Source: Polaromonas sp. (GTDB lineage Bacteria; Pseudomonadota; Gammaproteobacteria; Burkholderiales; Burkholderiaceae_C). Taken from it: a stretch of DNA of 32,677 nt. The stretch lies in assembly GCA_964201305.1 (NCBI GenBank), contig CAXNEG010000001.1, forward strand, positions 1-32,677. Direction: 5' to 3'. Shown piece by piece: positions 27,362-32,677 of the stretch (position 1 is the first letter of the stretch; each line of letters starts with the position of its first letter). Under the pieces are notes generated by a model. That model ran no database searches and was not told the origin of the DNA. It worked only from the letters and a program-made list of their open reading frames with translations. The translations under genes were made by a program, and so were the position numbers.

Positions 27362-28182
27362 CAGCGCCCCGTGAAGCGCGGTGCGCGCTTTTCAATAACG
27401 GCCGACAGACCTTCGCGGGCATCGGCCATGCCGCTGAGCATGGCTTGCGTGCTGTTTTCCTCGTGCATTACGGCTTCGACGCCCTGGCCGATGCCGCTCC
27501 ACAGCAGGCGCTTGGTGTTGGCCAGCGCGGCGGGTGCGCCGGCGGCCAGCTGCCGCGCCAGCGCCAGCGCCTCTTCGTTGAGGTTGGCGTCGGGCACCAT
27601 GCGTGTGATGAGCCCCATCTCCTTGGCCTCGGGCGCCGTGATCACCGGGTTGAGCATGAGGATTTCAGTGGCGCGGCGCAGGCCCACCAACTGCGTCAGC
27701 GTGACCGAGACGCCCGCATCGGGCACCATGGCCACGCGTGTCGCACCAGCCAGGAACTTGGCGGATTCGCCGGCGACCACAAAGTCGGACGAACACACCA
27801 GTCCCATGCCGCCGCCGCCAGCCGCGAAACCGTGCACGGCCGTGACTACAGGCGGGTTCAGGCGCAGCAATCCCGCAGCAACCAATTGCAGATATGAAGT
27901 TGCCACGCGGATGTAGTTCGGCAGATCCTCGCCCTTGGACAGGAAGGTGTGAACGTCGCCACCAGCGCAGAAGTTTTTGCCTTCGCCGCTGATAAGGACG
28001 GCGCGCACGCGGCCGTCGCCATGCACCTGCATGACCACCTCATGCAGCGCCTTGAGCAGTTCAATGTTCAGCCCGTTGGCTGATTCGGGCCGGTTCAGGC
28101 GTATGTGGGCCACGCCATCGGCGTGCAGTGCGAGCAGCACCGGGCCGTCGGCCATGAGGACAGTGGGGAAAGCAGGGATCAT
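27361..28182 (-). CDS. Crotonase-family protein, PaaG-type
   Basis: LNRPE, FCAGGD, GFAAGGGG, MVPDAG. Confidence 0.9.
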   Translation of the reverse strand: MIPAFPTVLMADGPVLLALHADGVAHIRLNRPESANGLNIELLKALHEVVMQVHGDGRVRAVLISGEGKNFCAGGDVHTFLSKGEDLPNYIRVATSYLQLVAAGLLRLNPPVVTAVHGFAAGGGGMGLVCSSDFVVAGESAKFLAGATRVAMVPDAGVSVTLTQLVGLRRATEILMLNPVITAPEAKEMGLITRMVPDANLNEEALALARQLAAGAPAALANTKRLLWSGIGQGVEAVMHEENSTQAMLSGMADAREGLSAVIEKRAPRFTGR

Positions 28183-28192
28183 TTCATGCGCC

Positions 28193-28684
28193 TCAAATCA
28201 GGAAGGCCATGGAGTACAGGGCCGTATGGTTATTGACCAGCATCACCTTCTTAAAGGCCATGCGCAGGCTCTCACCTTCGCGACGCAAGGTGTATTCGTT
28301 GCGCGACGCCCAGATCTGGTCGCCACGCGTCTGCGACTCGAACACCATCGCATTGGCTGCAACCTTCAATTCGGTGCCGTCGTCGCTCAAGATCTCTACA
28401 TTGGAGACTAAGCGGCGAAGGCGCGACTGCGGCGTCTGGCTGAAGCGCTTGCCGGTGTGATACTGGCGGATGCGTAAAGCGATGCGTGAACGGTTGTCGT
28501 AAATAATTGACATCTGCTGCTCGGGGTCGATGTCGTCACCATTGGCTGGCACCCAGTAGACGCCGTCGTCGGTCCACAGGCTTTCCCAGGCGTCATAAGC
28601 GTTTTCGTCCTGTAGCCGCGCTTCGCGATAGATAAACTGGGTGACCTCTTCGAGCGTAGCGCGTTGTTCCGGGGTCATCGCCAT
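28193..28684 (-). CDS. Aromatic ring-hydroxylating (Rieske) oxygenase beta subunit
   Basis: FIYREARLQD, YWVP, QTPQSR.RRLVSNV; TAATG coupling to alpha. Confidence 0.92.
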   Translation of the reverse strand: MAMTPEQRATLEEVTQFIYREARLQDENAYDAWESLWTDDGVYWVPANGDDIDPEQQMSIIYDNRSRIALRIRQYHTGKRFSQTPQSRLRRLVSNVEILSDDGTELKVAANAMVFESQTRGDQIWASRNEYTLRREGESLRMAFKKVMLVNNHTALYSMAFLI

Positions 28685-29973
28685 TACGCGGCCTCCATCA
28701 TGGATTTGTAGTGGCGCCATATGCCGCGGCTGGGCACCTCGTCGGTGTTGTCCCCGATCAGGAACCCGTCTTCGTCGCGCCTCTCGCGGTGCTTGCCGCG
28801 CCCTAGGTACAGCCACTCGGGTTTGCGCATCTGCACACCCATTTGCGTGCGCTCGTACATTTCAGCGTCATCGGCCAACAGGAAGCCGGCCGGCCCCACG
28901 GAGCCCATGGTCTGCTGGCGCAGGCGGCGATTCAGGTCCGGCGCACCCTTGAACTGCAACGCCGTCACGTGCTGGACAGTCTCGTTCACCGACAGCGGCT
29001 GGATCACAAAGATCTGAATCTCAGCAATGAACAGATTCGGAAAGATCATGATGTGCGGCGTGCCGTCGATCATGATGGTGCGGGCCTTTTCGTGCCCGTA
29101 TGCCGCGTTCATTTTTGACACATAGTCGGGCAACTTTTCGACCGTGGTGCCAAACCACGACATGGGCACGTCGCGCTTGCGGAATTCGGGGCGAAGGTCG
29201 TTTTCAGTGTGGCCGTTGCCAAAGTCCCGCGACACGGCGGTGGACTCGGCGCTGTACAGGGTGCCGATGCCGCTTTGCGCCACCTCGAAGACGGACGCGT
29301 GAACGAACGACGGGTGGTAGCCGTCGGTTTCGTTTTCCACGAGGAATTTCCAGTTTGCCTTGACCTTGTGCTTGAGAAAGCCCGCTGTGATCTGGACCTC
29401 GCCCTCGGGCGAGGTCTCGCAAAGTGCATCGATCGAGCGCATCGCCGCGCCCAGGTGCTGCTGTAGAGTTGGCCCCTGCTCGGCCATCGAGCCGAAGACG
29501 AAGCCACGGTAGTTACCTATGCGTGCCACCTTACCCAAACCCAGTTCGCGGCGGTCAACGCCCTCGTAGCCCGAAGGGAACGGGTAACCCTTCAAGTCGC
29601 CGTCATTGGCAAAGGTCCAACCGTGGTACGGGCAGGTGAACGAACGTGCATTGCCCTGCTCGGTCATGCACACCCGGTTGCCGCGGTGCGGGCAGCGGTT
29701 GTGAAGCAGGTGAATCTCGCCCGACTTGTCGCGCGTCATGAGCACCGGCTCGGGGCCGATGGACTTCATCACGAAGTCATTTGGATTAGGGATTTCACTT
29801 TCGTGGCCCACGTACACCCAGGTGCGAAACCAGATGTTCTTAAGCTCTTCCTGGTAGATGGCGGGGTCGGTATAAAGCGAGCCGTGCACCTGGTTGGCCC
29901 GGACCAGATGGTCCCAGGCCGGTGCGGGCCCGGACGGTGCTTGCACGATAGGAATGGTGGCGCGGTGTTCCAA
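28684..29973 (-). CDS. Aromatic ring-hydroxylating (Rieske) oxygenase alpha subunit
   Basis: CPHRG...CPYHGW Rieske motif, NWK...ENETDGYH..FVH, DDAE; TTG start with GGAG RBS. Confidence 0.95.
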   Translation of the reverse strand: MEHRATIPIVQAPSGPAPAWDHLVRANQVHGSLYTDPAIYQEELKNIWFRTWVYVGHESEIPNPNDFVMKSIGPEPVLMTRDKSGEIHLLHNRCPHRGNRVCMTEQGNARSFTCPYHGWTFANDGDLKGYPFPSGYEGVDRRELGLGKVARIGNYRGFVFGSMAEQGPTLQQHLGAAMRSIDALCETSPEGEVQITAGFLKHKVKANWKFLVENETDGYHPSFVHASVFEVAQSGIGTLYSAESTAVSRDFGNGHTENDLRPEFRKRDVPMSWFGTTVEKLPDYVSKMNAAYGHEKARTIMIDGTPHIMIFPNLFIAEIQIFVIQPLSVNETVQHVTALQFKGAPDLNRRLRQQTMGSVGPAGFLLADDAEMYERTQMGVQMRKPEWLYLGRGKHRERRDEDGFLIGDNTDEVPSRGIWRHYKSMMEAA

Positions 29974-30016
29974 AAGCTGACTCCAGAAAGGGTTGTTGGA
30001 GCTGATAGTTAGTGCA

Positions 30017-30046
30017 ATAATAGACCGACGGGACGGACTATGTCAA
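30017..30046 (-). promoter_or_regulatory. Sigma70-like promoter TTGACA-N18-TATTAT for the oxygenase operon
   Basis: tgtcaa at 30041-30046 and ataata at 30017-30022 on the + strand. Confidence 0.7.
30021..30040. promoter_or_regulatory. Putative TetR operator 4 TAGACCGACGGGACGGACTA
   Basis: Reverse complement TAGTCCGTCCCGTCGGTCTA fits the consensus; divergent oxygenase/ferredoxin spacer. Confidence 0.88.
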
Positions 30047-30085
30047 TAACTTGTTCGTGCCCACTTACAGAGGAAAAAACATCCC

Positions 30086-30406
30086 ATGCCCACCGTCGTA
30101 TTCATAGATCACGCCGGCGCGACCTACCCGGTTCAGGCGCCGCTCAACAAGAGCCTGATGCAGGTCGCTCTGGATAACGCCGTGCCAGGCATCCTGGGCG
30201 ACTGCGGCGGCTCTTGCAGTTGTGCCACGTGCCACGGCTATGTTGACCAGCCCTGGGCCGCGCAGCTGCCGGCGCGCTCGGAGACCGAGGTGTTCATGCT
30301 GGAAGGGGTACCTGAGCTGCGGGACAACAGCCGCCTATGCTGCCAGATCCGCATGACCGCACAGCTAGATGGGGTGGTTGTCCATCTGCCGAAGGAACAG
30401 ATGTGA
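30086..30406 (+). CDS. [2Fe-2S] ferredoxin, adrenodoxin/putidaredoxin type
   Basis: CGGSCSCATCH and SRLCCQ; GAGG RBS. Confidence 0.93.
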   Translation: MPTVVFIDHAGATYPVQAPLNKSLMQVALDNAVPGILGDCGGSCSCATCHGYVDQPWAAQLPARSETEVFMLEGVPELRDNSRLCCQIRMTAQLDGVVVHLPKEQM

Positions 30407-30431
30407 CGTGCCATCGAGCGGACAGGCCAAC

Positions 30432-31313
30432 TCAGTCTGCGTAGGCCATCAGACAGTGCTGTGTGATGGTGGCCAGCAAGCTCCCCTGCGCATCGTGCAC
30501 CGCGCCTACGGACAGGCCCAGCCCGGCTGCTCGGGCAGGGCTCGTGCTGTCTACATGCAGCCACTGATCGGCACGCACTGGCCTGTGCAGCCAGATCGCA
30601 TGGTTCAGGCTGGCGATGTACAGCCGCAGCTCGCCCAAGCTGCGCAAGTGCAAACCCAGCGAGCTGAAGTTCAGCCACCAGTCCGACAGGTAGGCAAACG
30701 CCGCGGCATGGATACGTGGATCATCCGGGAGCGCTTGGGTCGCGCGCATCCAGAACCGGAAGCGGCCATCCATCGTGGACGGCGCAAGTTGCCGGTCTGG
30801 TTCAGGAATCCGGAATTCAATGCTGGGCTTGCGGCTTTCTGAATAGCCCCCCAGCCGACGCACGCCGCGCATCAGCAATGGATTAACGTCGTCCAGTGTG
30901 GCCAGGGCCTCGGGACACTCACCCGCTGGTGCCTTACTTGGGGTGTCATGGGTGGGTGACGCCATGGGGACTGCGCAACTGACTTGCGCGTCCAGCACGA
31001 ACCTGCCGTTGGCCTGACTTCCGCGCACGTTTCGCGAACTGAAGCGTTTGCCCTCTTGAAGGGATGTGACCTGCAGCTGTACACACTCATGCGGCATAGC
31101 GCCTTGCAGAAAGAGGAATTGCATCATGGTCGCTTCACGGCCATCAGGTATATCCATCAACCCGGCCATCATGGCCTGCCCCAGCAACTGTCCGCCATAC
31201 GACCGCGCGTTGAGATTGGAGTCGCCATGACGCGTACGCCATAGGCCAGGCGCCACAGCCTCCAGCGCCAAGAGTTGATGGATATCGAGCTCGTTCCAGG
31301 GTTTGTGAATCAT
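30432..31313 (-). CDS. Acyl-CoA thioesterase II (TesB-like)
   Basis: YGGQLLGQA, EGKRFSSR, AYLSD, ASLNHAIWLH; alternative start 31319. Confidence 0.87.
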   Translation of the reverse strand: MIHKPWNELDIHQLLALEAVAPGLWRTRHGDSNLNARSYGGQLLGQAMMAGLMDIPDGREATMMQFLFLQGAMPHECVQLQVTSLQEGKRFSSRNVRGSQANGRFVLDAQVSCAVPMASPTHDTPSKAPAGECPEALATLDDVNPLLMRGVRRLGGYSESRKPSIEFRIPEPDRQLAPSTMDGRFRFWMRATQALPDDPRIHAAAFAYLSDWWLNFSSLGLHLRSLGELRLYIASLNHAIWLHRPVRADQWLHVDSTSPARAAGLGLSVGAVHDAQGSLLATITQHCLMAYAD

Positions 31314-31315
31314 GA

Positions 31316-32068
31316 TCAACCTTGGTTGGGCGCACGCCGATGCCCCGCAGTGCGGGGTTCAATGCCGGGCATGAGGCGCCAGTCGGGGCCGAACTCGGCC
31401 AGTGCATGTACAGGCATGGTGTCTTCATTCTCGATGGCTAGCAGCCGCGCCTCATACTCATCAAGGTAGACCTTGCGCTTTGCATCGTCGGTGTATTGGA
31501 TGGACCAGCCCACGAACGGCTGTAGAACCTCAAGGCCGCTGTAGCCAAATGTGCCGTACTGCAAGTGCCAGAGGATGACGTCGCGCTGACCCAGCAGGCC
31601 GCCGGGCTCCATCATCTCTGGAAAGCAGCCGGTGGTAAACGCCAGCATGGCCTTGCGACCTTTCAGACCGCCATTGTCAAAGCGCATGCCGCCGCTGCCA
31701 TACATGGTGCCGTTGACGAAGACACGGTCAATCCAGCCCTTCATGATCGCTGGTACCGAGAACCACCAGAGCGGAAACTGCAGGATCAGCAGGTCACAGG
31801 CCAGCACTTTGTCAATCTCGGCCTGTATGTCAGGCGCGAAGGTACCGCGTTGCGAAGAAAGTTTCTGCTCACGGTCGTACTGCAGCGCGTCGGGAAATCG
31901 GCGTTGGGTGAAATCGCCACCCGTGGCCACTGGGTTGAAACACATGGCATACAGGTCTGAGACCACCACCTCATGTCCACATCCGGTTAACGTCTTCACC
32001 GAACGATCCAGAAGGGCGCGACCAAATGAAAGTGGTTCGGGGTGGGCAAAAACAATCAGTACTCTCAT
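31316..32068 (-). CDS. NAD(P)H:quinone oxidoreductase (flavodoxin-2/KefF/NQO family)
   Basis: AHPEP.S, SDLY, QFPLWWFSVPAIMKGWIDRV. Confidence 0.92.
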   Translation of the reverse strand: MRVLIVFAHPEPLSFGRALLDRSVKTLTGCGHEVVVSDLYAMCFNPVATGGDFTQRRFPDALQYDREQKLSSQRGTFAPDIQAEIDKVLACDLLILQFPLWWFSVPAIMKGWIDRVFVNGTMYGSGGMRFDNGGLKGRKAMLAFTTGCFPEMMEPGGLLGQRDVILWHLQYGTFGYSGLEVLQPFVGWSIQYTDDAKRKVYLDEYEARLLAIENEDTMPVHALAEFGPDWRLMPGIEPRTAGHRRAPNQG

Positions 32069-32100
32069 GGTGTTTCAGTTGATAGATCGAATTTCTATAA

Positions 32101-32120
32101 TAGTCCGTCTTGTCGGTTTA
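32101..32120. promoter_or_regulatory. Putative TetR operator 5 TAGTCCGTCTTGTCGGTTTA
   Basis: Consensus copy 32 nt upstream of the NQO start. Confidence 0.85.
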
Positions 32121-32139
32121 TATATGTTCATTTTCCAAG

Positions 32140-32335
32140 CGCGCGTACCTTTTTTTCTGCCCGCTGATCGGTTGCAGCGCCTGAACAAAGCGCGGTCCAG
32201 CGGCTCGTACATGGTGATGCTGGAGTTTGAGGGCAAGAGCTACAGGCTCAAGGAGGCGGCGGCACGCTTGGCCATCAATTCAGAAACGTCATAATTTGGC
32301 TGCGCTGCCTGGGGGAATTTGGGGTGGCCATCAGG
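32140..32335 (+). mobile_element. istB: IS21-family remnant: istB 3' fragment plus probable element end
   Basis: MLEFEGKSYRLKEAAARL* resembles an IstB C-terminus (stop 32292-32294), followed by gggggaatttggggtggccatcaggg; boundaries approximate. Confidence 0.7.
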
Positions 32336-32677
32336 GTGCTCTTGGTGCCAGGCAACTGGGAGCATTGGAGCGGGATAGCCTTTGGCCGCTTGCAAAGCAC
32401 CTTGGCGGCCCAGGGCGCCAAGCTGCTGCTCAACGAGCGCTGGACCTTGGCGCGCAGCGATCGCAACTTGACCCTTATTGGCCTGGACGACTTCACCGCA
32501 GGCCAGCCCGACCTGCAGCTGCTCGACACCAGCGCAAGCAACCCCGACGGCTTGACCGTGGTGGTGCAACACTCACCCGCTTTTTTTGACCAGGCCGCAG
32601 TCACCCAACGCATGGCAGGCCAAGACTTTGGCCTGTGCCTGGCCGGCCACACCCACGGCGGCCAAATTGCCTTGGGC
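32336..32677 (+). pseudogene. 5'-truncated metallophosphoesterase segment running off the window end
   Basis: VLLVPGNWEH...GLDD...QHSP...GHTHGGQI with no start; same frame as 19..240 through the repeat. Confidence 0.8.
32594..32677 (+). repeat. 84-bp direct terminal repeat, copy 2
   Basis: Identical to 1..84. Confidence 0.97.

Noticed and set aside
1330-27916. Many long + strand ORFs (e.g. 1330-2277, 16967-17848, 23069-24061, 27086-27916)
   Set aside because: Antisense shadows of GC-rich genes with no recognisable motifs
19905-28182. Canonical phenylacetate (paa) or benzoate (box/bad) cluster
   Set aside because: PaaABCE, PaaZ, PaaK, BoxAB and benzoyl-CoA reductase are absent; only family-level resemblance
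4941-32120. Recurrent palindrome as CRISPR repeat, REP or attC site
   Set aside because: Dispersed single copies in promoter regions, with no array, cas genes or integrase
1-32677. Plasmid or phage interpretation of the terminal repeat
   Set aside because: No replication, partition, conjugation or virion genes are visible

Overview
GC-rich, Burkholderiales-like DNA (taxon inferred from protein character) that is almost entirely one ~31.5 kb CoA-dependent catabolic island. It contains: (i) a 14-gene minus-strand operon (29973->14832) led by a Rieske oxygenase alpha/beta pair, followed by crotonases, a BadH-like SDR, a family IV esterase, an HMG-CoA-synthase-fold/DUF35 fusion with an SCP-x thiolase, a PaaH-like dehydrogenase, an FAD oxidoreductase and a methylsuccinyl/mesaconyl-CoA module (Mcd-like, Mct, broken Meh/Ich); (ii) a LIV-type ABC transporter with an embedded acyl-CoA synthetase; (iii) an operon of acyl-CoA dehydrogenase, transglutaminase-like protein, AMACR, DUF2889 and a PaaG-type crotonase; (iv) a ferredoxin, a TesB-like thioesterase and an NAD(P)H:quinone oxidoreductase. 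Five copies of a 20-bp, consistently asymmetric palindrome (TAGTCCGnCnnGTCGGTyTw) sit in the promoter regions, and two intact plus one decayed TetR paralogues are present. The ferredoxin reductase, a third TetR, a second CoA ligase and the MaoC hydratase are pseudogenes. The first and last 84 nt are identical and lie within a metallophosphoesterase gene that is truncated next to an IS21 istB remnant. All calls come from reading motifs by eye; no database searches were run.
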